Shown: positions 1 through 10,952, counted from the first letter of the stretch. The stretch: 64,000 nucleotides of DNA from Hyaloraphidium curvatum SAG 235-1 (GCA_025558095.1 JAIVFI010000012.1:434001-498000); one strand, 5' to 3'. Notes: a model not told the origin generated them from the sequence alone. Numbers and translations: made by a program.

Positions 1-50
1 CTTGGCTTCGCCGATCGGCGGCTGATCCTTCCTTCTGCCGCTGTTGTCAG

Positions 51-1071
51 TGGGTCAAGGACTGTACACCAAGTGCACCCAGATTGCCGCGCAAGAGCTC
101 GGAGTGCCGCACGACTCGGTGTTTACCTCCGAATCTTCTACCAACACCGTTCCGAACACCGTTCCGACGGCTGCTTCGGCAGGCAGCGATTTGAATGGCT
201 ATGCGGTGAGCATTGGTCCGTCGTGGTGTCGCGCTCGTCCTAATGTGGTTTTAGGTTTACAATGCGTGCAAAGAGTTGAATGAGCGCCTCAAGCCTTATC
301 GTGAGAAGCTCGGACCGGACGCATCAATGGCTGCCCTCGCCTCTGCGGCTTTCATGGACCGCGTCAACCTGTCGGCGACCGGATTCTGGGGCCCGCCCGA
401 GCTCGGATACGTCTGGCGCAGCTACGACGAAGGCGGGGGACGCGACGACGAGGGCAAGGTTGGTCCCCTGTTCATGTACTTCACTCAGGGCGTGGCGGCC
501 AGTGAAGTCGAGGTGGACATCCTTACTGGAGACCACACGGTGCTCCGAACGGACATCAAGATGGATGTTGGAAAGAGCCTGAACCCAGCCATCGATTACG
601 GGCAAATCGAAGGGGCGTTCGTGCAAGGGATGGGGTGGTCGACGATCGAAGAGTCTCTGTGGCTCAAGAACGGAGCCATCTTCACTGCCGGACCTGGAAC
701 CTACAAGATCCCCGGTTTCGCGGACACGCCGCAACAGTTCCACGTGCGTTTGCTCAAGGGAGTCGAATGGCCGAACCTCAAGTCCATTCGCTCATCGAAA
801 GGCATCGGAGTGGGTGCGGCCGCCGTACGAGCTGCGTTTCCCCGACTGACGTTGGCGATAGGAACCTCCGCTGTTCCTGGGGTGCTCCGTCGCGATCGCC
901 ATCCGCGACGCCCTTCGATCGGCGCGCGCCGATGCCGGGATCGACGACGTCCAGGACTTCCGCCTTCCGCTCACTTCTGAGCGGATTCGGCTCGCGGCGG
1001 GCGACTTTTTGGCGCAGAAGGGCAAGGTGGAGGCGAAGGAGGGCCAGAAGGGTTGGTTCGTTCCGTTTTGA
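51..1071 (+). CDS. XDH: Xanthine dehydrogenase/oxidase, C-terminal molybdopterin-binding part (gene starts upstream of window; introns ~206-254, ~810-861)
   Basis: Motifs GQGLYTK, TAASAGSDLNG, LNPAIDYGQIEGAFVQGMG, SSKGIG|EPPLFLG after splicing; stop TGA 1069-1071. Confidence 0.95.
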
Positions 1072-1257
1072 GCGGCTCGCACGCGGTCTGGAGGAGAGCT
1101 GTAGTAGCTGATTGAATGATCTGTCGCATTGCTGGACGGAATTGAAGATAGAAGGAAGAGGAACAGGGCCTCGGGAGTCATTTGCGCTTCAGCGTGCGTG
1201 GATGACGGGGTGTCCTGTCATCTTGTCACGCACCACTGCGGCAATCTTCCCTGAATC

Positions 1258-1656
1258 ATGGCGTCTCGCGCCAAGCTGAGCACTCATGTTCTTGACACGA
1301 CCCATGGCATTCCGGCTGCGAACATGCGGGTAGATTTGTACTCCGTGTCGACCTCGCAGGACGGATCGCGTTCCCTGAACCACGTCAAGACTGTGCGGAC
1401 AAACTCGGACGGTCGCAACGACGGAGGCCCGCTCCTGTCCGCGGAGGAGCTGCGCGTTGGCGAATTCGAGCTGCATTTCCACGTGGCGGAGTACTTTAGC
1501 GCTTATCGCGCGGCGCACGGGGAACCGGCACCCTCCGCTGGGGTCTCGTTCCTGAACATCGTACCTATCGCTTTCGGAATCCCGGACGCTTCGCAAGGGT
1601 ATCACGTGCCATTGCTGTGTTCGGAATGGTCCTACTCGACCTACCGCGGAAGCTAG
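1258..1656 (+). CDS. uraH: 5-hydroxyisourate hydrolase (transthyretin-like), intronless
   Basis: [20 protein letters not shown] and diagnostic C-terminal YRGS. Confidence 0.95.
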   Translation: MASRAKLSTHVLDTTHGIPAANMRVDLYSVSTSQDGSRSLNHVKTVRTNSDGRNDGGPLLSAEELRVGEFELHFHVAEYFSAYRAAHGEPAPSAGVSFLNIVPIAFGIPDASQGYHVPLLCSEWSYSTYRGS

Positions 1657-1849
1657 ACCTAGGCTGGGCTGCCCCTCCGGATTCGGGGGGAAAACGGACT
1701 GATGCGCGGATGGGTCACGAGCTTTGCAGCGTACGATCTAGATGTAGTCTAATGGCAATGACATCCGCTGGACTTGCCCGGTCAGGTCGACGGGGGACGC
1801 GCGGGCAATCGTCATCGCCAGAACCGCGGCGGAGCGCACATCACCCGAC

Positions 1850-2775
1850 ATGGCAGGCAGGCTCGTCTTTATCGGTACGCGGATGACGCTATCCTCTATC
1901 CGCGCGGATCCTGACGCGTTCCGCGGGCAGGCGGCGGCAACATGGGGGGCGCCATCATCGGCGGCCTCCTCGCCCGCAAGGTGTACGGAGCGGACGACAT
2001 CGTGGTCTCGGAGCCCCATAAACCCGCTGCGGACGCGTTGAAGGAGCGCTACCACGTGCGCATCGCAAAGGACAACAGCGATGCGGTCAACGGCCCCGAC
2101 GGCGTGCCCGCGGATGTTGTCGTCCTCGCCGTCAAGCCCCAGGTGCTCCGAAGCGTCTGCGAGGCGCTCGCACCGGCCGTGCAGAAGCACAAACCGCTGG
2201 TGCTGTCGATCGCCGCAGGGATCCGCGCCGTGGACATTGGGCGGTGGCTGGGCGACGCCGGGGACGGCTCGAGCCCCGTCGCCGTGGTCCGCTCCATGCC
2301 CAACACGCCTGCGCTGCTCGGACAGGGCGCCGCGGGAATGTTTGCGTCTCCTGCCGTCTCGGAGCAGCAAAAAACGCGGGCCGTGACCATCATGGAGGCC
2401 GTGTCGCCGCAGGTACACTGGGTGCCCCAGGAGTCGCTGATCGACGTCGTCACGGCGCTTTCGGGTTCCGGCCCGGCGTACTTCTTCCTCATGGTGGAGG
2501 CCCTCGAAGATGCCGCGGTGAAGCTGGGCCTTTCGCGCGAGGTGGCTCGCGCGCTGGCCGCCCAGACCTGCGTGGGAGCGGGCTTGATGGTGATCGATCA
2601 GAACAAGGAAGGCGTGGACCCGGCCGAGCTCCGCAGGCGGGTAACGAGCCCGCAGGGCACCACCGAGGCCGGCGTCAAAGTGCTGGAAGGCATGGGCTTC
2701 CGGGATATCGTTGCCAAGTGCGTCGACGCCGCCAACAACCGGGGCATCGAGCTGGGCGACGTTTTTGGCAAGTGA
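1850..2775 (+). CDS. PRO3: Pyrroline-5-carboxylate reductase (intron 1875-1930)
   Basis: Spliced FIGGGNMG, LAVKPQ, RSMPNTP, LSGSGPAY, VTSPQGTT. Confidence 0.95.
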
Positions 2776-2861
2776 GGTGCGGCGGGCCATCGCAGGATCT
2801 TCGTCGTGCTGATCCCATGGCGCTATAGGGACGCTTCGATGAAGATGTAGGATTCCCCGGG

Positions 2862-3793
2862 TTACAGGTTGTTGGCGAGCCCAATCTTCTCCAGATATGC
2901 CTGCCATCCGGCATTCCTGTACTCTTCGCCCCGCTTCCGAAGCTCCTCCGGGTTCCCCACTGCTCCGGCGTAAATCCCGCGTCCGACGATGATGACGTCG
3001 CAGCCGGCCTCGACCAACACTTGGCGCGGCGTCCGGTACTGCTGCCCCAGAGCGTCGCCCGTCGACGCCAAGGACACACCAGGCGTAAGGTACAGAAAGT
3101 CCTCCTCAGGGGAGCCGGAGCCCAGTCTCCGTTGCCCAATGAAGCCGATGACAAAGTCCCTGTTCCGCATCGCCATCCGGAACGTCTCTTCGGTGTATCG
3201 CTCGTCGATCAAGTTGCCGGCCGAGGACATCTCGGCCAGCAGCAGCAACCCGCGACCCAGCGGCAAGCCGGCTTCGGCCAAGCCCTTCACGATCCCTTCC
3301 CCGGGGAGAGGGTGGGCGTTGGTAATGTCGGCCCACGACGCGATTTTGTAGATGCCGGACTCGTACTGCAGCTTGACGGTGTTCCCTGCGGCGAGGCAAA
3401 CGGTTGGACACCCGTCCAGGGGCAGCAACGAGAGTATCCACCAATGTCGGCAAACTTTCGGTCCTCGAATATGAGAAAGTCGTGCCGCCGTGCGAGGTCG
3501 GCGAGCGCCGGGACCACCGACTCGTCAAAGTCGGCGAGGATGTCTATGTGCGTCTGCGACGCGGGACGGCGCGGGTGGGATCAGGAATTATCCATGCGAG
3601 CTGCCAGGAGTGAATCAACCTTGAGGACGCAGATGTAGGGGCCCAGGTGGTCCGCGATGGCCAGGAGGTCCGACTTCTTCGTGACGTCGGCCGAAACCGA
3701 GAGATTGGTCTTTTTCCGCTCGATAATCTCGAGCAGCCGGATCGCCGTAGCATTCTTGAAGCTTTTGGCCCGGGATCCGTACGTGCTCGCCAT
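2862..3793 (-). CDS. URA3: Orotidine-5'-phosphate decarboxylase (spliced)
   Basis: [50 protein letters not shown]. Confidence 0.96.
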
Positions 3794-3917
3794 CGATTTG
3801 TGCTCGAAGAGGGAGGCAGGGCAACGCGCGAACCAATAACAATCAAATAGTGCAGAGGGGGGTCCCTCGGAACAGGCGATTGGAGCACCGGACTCGCAGC
3901 GGCAGACGGGCGAACGA

Positions 3918-5248
3918 ATGCCGCCGAAAGCAACTCTCGCTTTCGAGGGCCATGCGGCCTTCCGCCAACGCCTGGTCATGGCGACGCTGACGGGCAGGAC
4001 GGTTCGGATAGACCGGATACGGGCGGACGACGAGGACCAGCCGGGCCTCCGAGGTTGGAGCTGACAGCGAGTCGGCGATTCCTGTTGTGCTGATGGGCGT
4101 GGACAGACTTTGAGGTCAATTTCCTGCGCCTGCTGGAGAAGGTGACGAACGGCACCGCGATTGAAATCAACTACACCGGTCTGTGGGCCCGGTAATGCCG
4201 AAAGAGAAACGCCTTGCTCACGATGAGCTCCTCTTGTACCTCAGGCACCGCGGTGGTCTACCGCCCGGGCGTCATTACCGGCGGCAAGCTGCAGCACGAC
4301 TGCCCGGCGTCCCGGGCCATCGGCTACTTCCTGGAGGCCCTGATCCCCTTGGCCCCGTTCGCAAAGAAGCCGTTCGACATCACGCTGACCGGCGTCACCA
4401 ACGATGCTGTGGACGTTTCTGTGGACCGCATAAGGACGGTGCTGCTGCCCAACCTGCGGCGGCACATGAACCTCGACGCGGACAACGACTCGCTGGAGCT
4501 GCGGATCCTGAAACGGGGGGCACCGCCGTTGGGCGGCGGGGAAGTCAGGTTCGCCTGCCCAGTGTTGCGGTCTCTGAAGCCGGTGCAGTTCACGGAGCCG
4601 GGGAGGATAAAGAGGATCCGGGGCATCGCGTACGCGACAAGGATGTCGCCGCAGATGGCGAATAGGATCGTGGAGGCGAGCCGCGGGAAGCTGACGACTT
4701 TCATTCCGGACGTTTACGTCTACACCGACGTCTACAAGGGGGATGATTCGGGAAGGTGCGAGCCAATGCGGGAATCGGGGCGCACCAGCTTGGCTAAACT
4801 CCTTTCGTCTTGCAGATCCCCGGGATATGGACTGACTCTGGTTGCGGAGAGTACGACGGGGGCTCTTCTTTCCGCGGACTGTGCATTTTCGAAACCTGCG
4901 AAGCAGGAAGGGGACGGCAAGGAGGAGGCGTTGCCCGCCGCGCGGGTTTTCGAGACTCCCGAGGAGTTGGGGGAGTACGTGACGAACCTTTTGCTGGAGG
5001 AGATTGCGCAGGGCGGCTGCGTGGACTCGACGTGCCAGTGGCTCACGCTTCTCCTGATGGCCGCCGGCCCCGAGGACGTGAGCAAGGTCAGGCTGGGGAG
5101 CCTGACGGATTTTAGCGTGCAGTACCTGCGCGACATCCGGACGATCATGAACGTGCGGTTCAAGATCGCGGCCGATCCTGCGAACGGCACTGTGCTGCTC
5201 TCTTGCCTGGGCTCGGGGCTGCTCAACATCTCCAAATCGGCAGTGTAG
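3918..5248 (+). CDS. RCL1: RNA 3'-terminal phosphate cyclase-like rRNA processing protein (spliced)
   Basis: [63 protein letters not shown]. Confidence 0.93.
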
Positions 5249-5279
5249 CTTCGTTCGGTTGGCACCTTTGGCTGCATGA

Positions 5280-5945
5280 AAAATAAAAGGAACGAGAAGA
5301 TCTTCTCGCCCGTCCGATCCGCAGAGCAGGAGGCCCGAGGCTCCCCCGCGGCCTCCGGACGGCCTAGGGGCCGGACCGGCGCTACCTCCCCGGACTCGGA
5401 CGCGCGACGACACCGACCACAGGGAGGGCAAGCACGAAGCTTTGAGCGCCGCGGACCGCGAGGCCCGCTTCGCTTCCCCCCTGCCGCGTACGGCCGCGGC
5501 CCTCGCCCGGCGAGACGCCGGTCCCCTCTCGGTGCCCCGTCCTCGGCCGCCGGAGCGGACGGCGACCGTGTCCGCAGCAGTCAGGCAAGCGCAAACCCGG
5601 AGGCGGGATCCGCAGGCTGTACGCCTTTGGTTTTGGTTCGCGCGGCGACGCGTCGCCGGCGGGCGGTGGAAAGGCCTGTCCCAAAGCACCGCCCCGGCGG
5701 GGCGCCGCGGCAGCCCCGCCGTCCCGAGGTCGCCCGAGGGCGCCTTCAGCCTCGCACTTAGGGTTAGTTTCTGCCGGGCGGGCGGCGGGCGCGGTGGCCG
5801 CGGACGCATCCGCCGCCGACCCGCCGCCCGCCCGGTGGAAAAGCCATGGGGCGAGCGGGCGCCTCCGGGCACTGGCTGCCGGGGTTGCCGGCGGGCGGAC
5901 GGGAATCCGACCGCCCTCTCTGCGCGGGCCTGCTGTGCGGACCGG
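5280..5945 (-). ncRNA. Putative telomerase RNA (TER/TR); ends approximate
   Basis: Template CUAACCCUAA (+5758-5767 TTAGGGTTAG); 16-bp hairpin 6 nt upstream (5774-5789/5820-5835); pseudoknot 5623-5709; core-enclosing helix 5596-5605/5860-5869; CR4/5 junction 5419-5484 with P6.1 AAGC-UUCGU-GCUU; outer helix 5318-5330/5929-5941. Confidence 0.85.
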
Positions 5946-6157
5946 GCGCCGGCCCCGCGGGGGGCGGCAATCCGCGTGGCGGCCGCGTGCGGCACGCTCT
6001 TACCGATTTACCGGCGCGTCCCGGGCCCGCCCTCTTGGCGCTCTCGCGGTGGACGCCCGCGTCGAAAGCACATTCGACGAGTGGGGGCGGCCGTCCCATC
6101 CATCATTCCTCCCTTGCCCGACGGGCAAATGTACGGTCTATTGCATCAGCCCCCGTC

Positions 6158-7644
6158 TCATCTCAGGGTGCCCTGGAACACCGCATCGCGTGCGGCGTAC
6201 TTTGGCAGCGTGACCGCCGCGGCCTCGATCACGCTGCGGTCCGAGAAGAGCTGGTGCGGCTCGGCCCTCGCCGCCAGCGCGGCCAGGTTCCGCTCCAGGG
6301 TTTTCGCTGGTGTGGCAGGTGAGCTCGATTCGCACGGAAGGCGTGTAACGCGACGCACCGGCCTCGACCTCCTCCTTGGACGGCGCCGCGTCGGCCGACT
6401 TCGCCAGCCTCGCCGTCTGCAGCGCGTGCAGCTTTCTGAGCAACACCGCGTTCTCCTCCACCAGCCTCGTGCCCTCGTCCTCCACGTCCCCGGCCATCTC
6501 CCGCAGCAAGTCGATGTCCACGCCTTCGCGCGCCCAGGCCTCCTTGTCCGACGGGTCCGGCAGGGCCTCGTGGCCATTGGCCGTGGGCTTGACGCCGTTC
6601 GGCACCGTCGACGGGGCGGGTGCGGCGGCGACCGGAGGCACCGCTTCGCCAGTCGGGGCTGCCGGGGCCGCCGGGGTCGCGGCGGCCTTTTTCGCCGCGT
6701 TGGCGCCCTTGGACGCGTCGCCGTCGCGTTCCCTCCTCCGCGGCTTGGTAAAAAGGCGCGCCTCGTGCGAGTTGGCGTCGGAGCCCTCGTAATCCATACT
6801 GGGCGCGAAGGAGGAAAACTCGCCATAGTCGAGGTAGGCGACTGCAAGTTGCATTCAGCCGTATGACTGGCAAGCGCCGTTCCGAACGACTTACCGGGGT
6901 GCAGAGGTTTCGGTTTCCACGGCGGAGGGGGCAGCTCGAATTTCTCGGCGTCGGCGCCGAGTGTGAGCTCGCCAGAGGGGTCGTTGGTCGGGACCAGGCC
7001 CGACGGAGTGGGGATTACGGTGCCGACCTTGACGTGCGGGGCTGCGTCGGAGGGTGGGTCAGTTGCTGTCGCTTTGAAGCCCACGACGCGCCGACCCACG
7101 GAGGGAGGAGATATCCGAGGCCGTTATCGGCTTCCTGGCTGCCCCGGTGTACTGAATGGAGCCGTCGCTGTTTATGAGAAAGAGGTACTGGGACTTTTGG
7201 ACCGTCCACGGCCCCTCCGGTTCCTCGCCTGCGGGAAAAGTCAGCCGAGGCCGCCGAGCAAGCAGAGAGCTGCCTGCCTTTGTCGGCGAACGGCGACGAG
7301 GGCGGCGAGCCGGCCCGTTCGCGGTGCAGCCGGTAGTAGTTTATCAGCGAGGTCCCGGCGGCGAGCAAGCGCTGCGCCTTCTCGCGGTTCGGCGAGCCGC
7401 GGGGCTGGGCATTGAACACGGCGGCGTGCAGCGCGCGGAGGGCGCGCTCGAGGTCGTCCAGCGAGGCGAGCGAGGCCTCCTTGATCGACGACAGCCGCTG
7501 GGCCGCCGACACCGAGCCCTTGAGCGGCAGCGACTCGTCGACGCGGTGCAGCACGCGCAGCACGGCGGCGATCTCGTCGGCGTCGGGCCGCTCGCGGTCG
7601 GGCTGCTCGTCGCGCCGCCGCTTGCGGACCTGGCGGGAGGACAT
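6158..7644 (-). CDS. Rsc58/BRD7-BRD9-like chromatin-remodelling subunit (spliced, no bromodomain seen)
   Basis: Coherent exon chain; YLDYGEFSSFAPSMD resembles the LDYGPFSSFAP motif of the Rsc58/BRD7/9 group. Confidence 0.55.
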
Positions 7645-7803
7645 TGTGGTTTGAACGTCGTCTGGTCGTCTGTATCAAAAACTCGCGAGCCTAGAGCCAG
7701 GCTGACATCGATGCACCACCACGATTCTAGCACTAGCACAACCGCGTCCCTGACGACCACACTCTTGCGCGCTTGACGCCGCCCTCCGAGGACACGCGTC
7801 GCA

Positions 7804-9001
7804 ATGGCGTCCGCCTCAGTGCCCGCCGACCCCGTGGTGGTCGCGCCGTCTCCGAGTCCGCCGGATGCGCCGCTCCCGGCGGAACCCGACGAGAACGGCG
7901 GCCCCGCGGGCGTCATCGCCTCGGTCGCGCCGTCCTCGGCAACCGCGCCGCCGCCATCTCGAGCCGCGCAGCAGGCCGCCGCGGCAGCCGCCGCCTCCGC
8001 GCCGCCCGCGCCGCCCGCGGCAAATAAGCCGCCCCCCGCGCGCCGGCGCACGGGGTTCGTCGCGAACCTGTTCGCGTGCTGCTGCGGCGCAGCGGACGAC
8101 TCGGACATCGCAGACGCGCGGCCGCAACCGCCGCCAAGCGGCCCGCGAACGGCGCCCCCGCCGCCCGCGAAACCGGACTACGACCCCTCGCCCCCCCCGT
8201 CGGACGCGGCGGCCGCCTCGGTGCAGGCCGACGGCGCGGCTGCGGATGCGGACAATGCGGACGGCGCGGCCCTGCCGCCACCGGAGCGCAAATGGCTGCT
8301 GCGTCCGCTGGCGCCCGGGGACACGGGCAAGAAGTGCCTCGTGCTCGACCTGGACGAGACGCTCGTCCATTCCTCCTTCAAGGTGCGTCGGCATCGCCGC
8401 TGCGGTGTCTCGTCGCACGCTGACGCGTTCGAAGGCCATCCCCCACGCCGATTTCGTCATCCCCGTCGAGATCGAGTCGCAGGTCCACAACGTGTACGTG
8501 CTCAAGCGGCCGTACGTGGACCCCTTCCTCAAGCGGATGGCCGAGATTTACGAGATCGTGGTCTTCACGGCCAGCCTGGCCAAGGTGGGCCGGGATGCCG
8601 CGCGACGCGTGGGAACGCGCTGACCGCAACCCCAGTACGCGGACCCGGTCCTCGACATCCTCGACCGCCACAAGGTCGTCAACCACCGCCTGTTCCGCGA
8701 GGCCTGCATACACCACAAGGGGAACTACGTCAAGGACCTGTCGCAGCTGGGACGCGACCTGAAGAGCGTCATCATCATCGACAACTCGCCGGCGTCGTAT
8801 ATGTTCCATACCACGAACGCCATCCCTATCACGTCGTGGTTTAACGACGTCAACGATACCGAGCTGCTGGATTTGATACCCTTCCTGGAGGACCTGAACA
8901 AGGTTGGCCACCGCCCTATTGCACCCTCCCGTCCGGGCTAACGCGTTCTTGCCCAGTGCGATAACGTTCAGCTCATTTTGGACCAGACTACTAGTGAATG
9001 A
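7804..9001 (+). CDS. PSR1: Psr1/SCP-type FCP1-homology (HAD) protein phosphatase (spliced)
   Basis: [44 protein letters not shown]; Cys cluster LFACCCG. Confidence 0.92.
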
Positions 9002-9112
9002 ATGCCGCGGCGTCTTCTGCGATCGGGGTGCGGGGGTAATCGGGCGGTCGAGGTAATTTAATACCCTCTTGTACAGATGCGCACGGAAGGCATAGATGCT
9101 TCAATGGGCTGT

Positions 9113-10952
9113 TCATCGCCTCGCGCTCTCCTTTTCCCGGCGCTTTTTGACCGCCTTGGGAACCTTGGTCTTGCGCTTTTCCCGGCGCTCCTCCTTCGCC
9201 TGCGCTTTGCGCTCCCGCTTCTGCTCCTTATCTTCCAGCCGCTTTAGTCCCGTCGGTTTGGTGCCTTGGGGCTTTTCCGCCCCATGCGAGCCCTCGGAGC
9301 CCTCAGAATCCGACGAGTCCGACCCACTGTCCCCCTCCCCAGCGTCCTCCGGAATATGCGCCTCCGTCGCTGCTGGTCGCTCGTTTTCATCGCCATCAGC
9401 AGCAGCAGCCCGCGGAGCGGCCGCCACCTGCACGCCCGTCACGTTGCCGTACTCGAGCCTCTCGCCCCTCGCCAGCCGCGACGTCTCCTTCTCCACGTCC
9501 ACGACGTCGTCCAGGGTCCGGGGGATGAAAATGCTCTTGAACACCTCCTCCTGCACCTGGCTCTCGGCCAGCTCGGTCTCGGTCTCGGTGCCGGCCCTGG
9601 CGGCCGCCGAGGCGAGGAGGTGCGAGAGCCAGAGGTCCACGAGCGCCGCCTCGGGGTCGTCCCCGGACAGCCGGTCCAGTGCGCCGTTGCCCAGTTCCCG
9701 CCACGCGGCGGCAGCGATCGTCGCCGCGTCGGAAACGACGAACTCGAAAAGCGTCCGAAGGGAGAGGATCGGGCCGGCCGTCCGCTTCCCGAAAAACTCG
9801 CACACGTTGATGCAGTCCTTCCGGAGGAACTCCATCGCGTGCGGATGGTCGTGCTCGACCGATTGGGAGACGTCGATGATGTAAAGGCGGCCGTCCAGGT
9901 GTCTGATCGGTAGGGTCAGCGGGCGGCCGTTGCCAACGAGCCTTGGAGACTCACAGTATGTTGTACTCGCTCAGATCGGCATGCACGAGCCGGCACTTGT
10001 GGTAAATCACCCACATGGCCTTTACAAGCTCGACGTAGAGCCTGGACCACTCCTCCGGCGCCTCCACCGGCGCATCCTTGAGCCTCGGAGCCGGCCAACC
10101 CCGATCGTCCCCGACAAACGACATGACCAGCACGTGGCTCTTGAGCGCAAACGTCTCCGGGCTCGGTATCCCGGCCTGGTGTATCCTCTTCAGGTTCCTC
10201 ATCTCCTTCTCGGCCCACACCTTGACCATCTTGCGCGGGTTGTGCTTGGCGTAGCCGTTGCGGAACCTGAACTCGTCCTTGACGTACCGGTCCCGGTCCT
10301 TGAACACCAGGATCGACGTTTTGTACACCTTGATGGCATAGTGCCGGCCCTGCGCGTCCGTGGCGTGGTACACGTTTGCCTCCTTGCCGGTGCTTACGCA
10401 GCCGTTGATCTCCTCCACCACGCCGTTCTTGACCAGCTTCAGGAGAATGGCACGGGTGCGCGGGTCCAGGACCTGCTCCGTGGTCGCGCGGTTCGCCTTG
10501 TCCACCTTCCGGATCGCGGGGCCCTCGGCCTTCCTCGCGCTGGCCTTGATGCTCGCCGCCGCCGCGGACGAGTACATGTCCGGCGCGTCCATGTCGTCCA
10601 TCCTGATCCGGCTCCCGTAGACCCGGTTCAGCTCGGCAATGTTCTGCTCCCGCATTTGCTTCGTCGCTTTCGGGGCCGCCGGTGCGGGGTTCACGTTTCG
10701 TCGACCGGTCCGGAGGCCATTGAAGCGCTTGGTAAAATCGCCCGTGGCTTCGTCCCAGTCGTCCTCGTAGACCGCCAGCGTCTCCTCGGCGTCCTCCCGG
10801 GGCTGAGCAGAAGCGGGCCGGTCGACCGGGGCCGGGGAGGCAAACGCGCCCTCGTCGCCGCCCAGCGAGTCCTCGTCGCTGTCGTCCGAATCGCTGAAAA
10901 CCTCATCGTCGACCCTCCAGACCAGCGGAGCCGCCAGCTCGGGTGCGGACAT
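9113..10952 (-). CDS. RIO1: RIO1 atypical kinase (one intron ~9897-9955)
   Basis: STGKEANVY, KNPR-like KHNPRKMVKVWAEKEMRNL, LVHADLSEYNIL, IDVSQSVEHDHP, basic C-terminal tail. Confidence 0.95.

Noticed and set aside
5758-5767. TTAGGGTTAG as an interstitial telomere remnant or promoter telo-box
   Set aside because: Only 10 nt, between convergent genes, and embedded in boundary-hairpin, pseudoknot and CR4/5 structures; the template explanation fits better.
4241-6866. Long ORFs 4241-5995 (-, 584 aa) and 5442-6866 (+, 474 aa) spanning the TER region
   Set aside because: Arg/Gly/Ala/Pro-rich products of very GC-rich DNA, antisense to RCL1 or the Rsc58-like gene, with no motifs. Not fully excluded given the Ustilago precedent, but unsupported.
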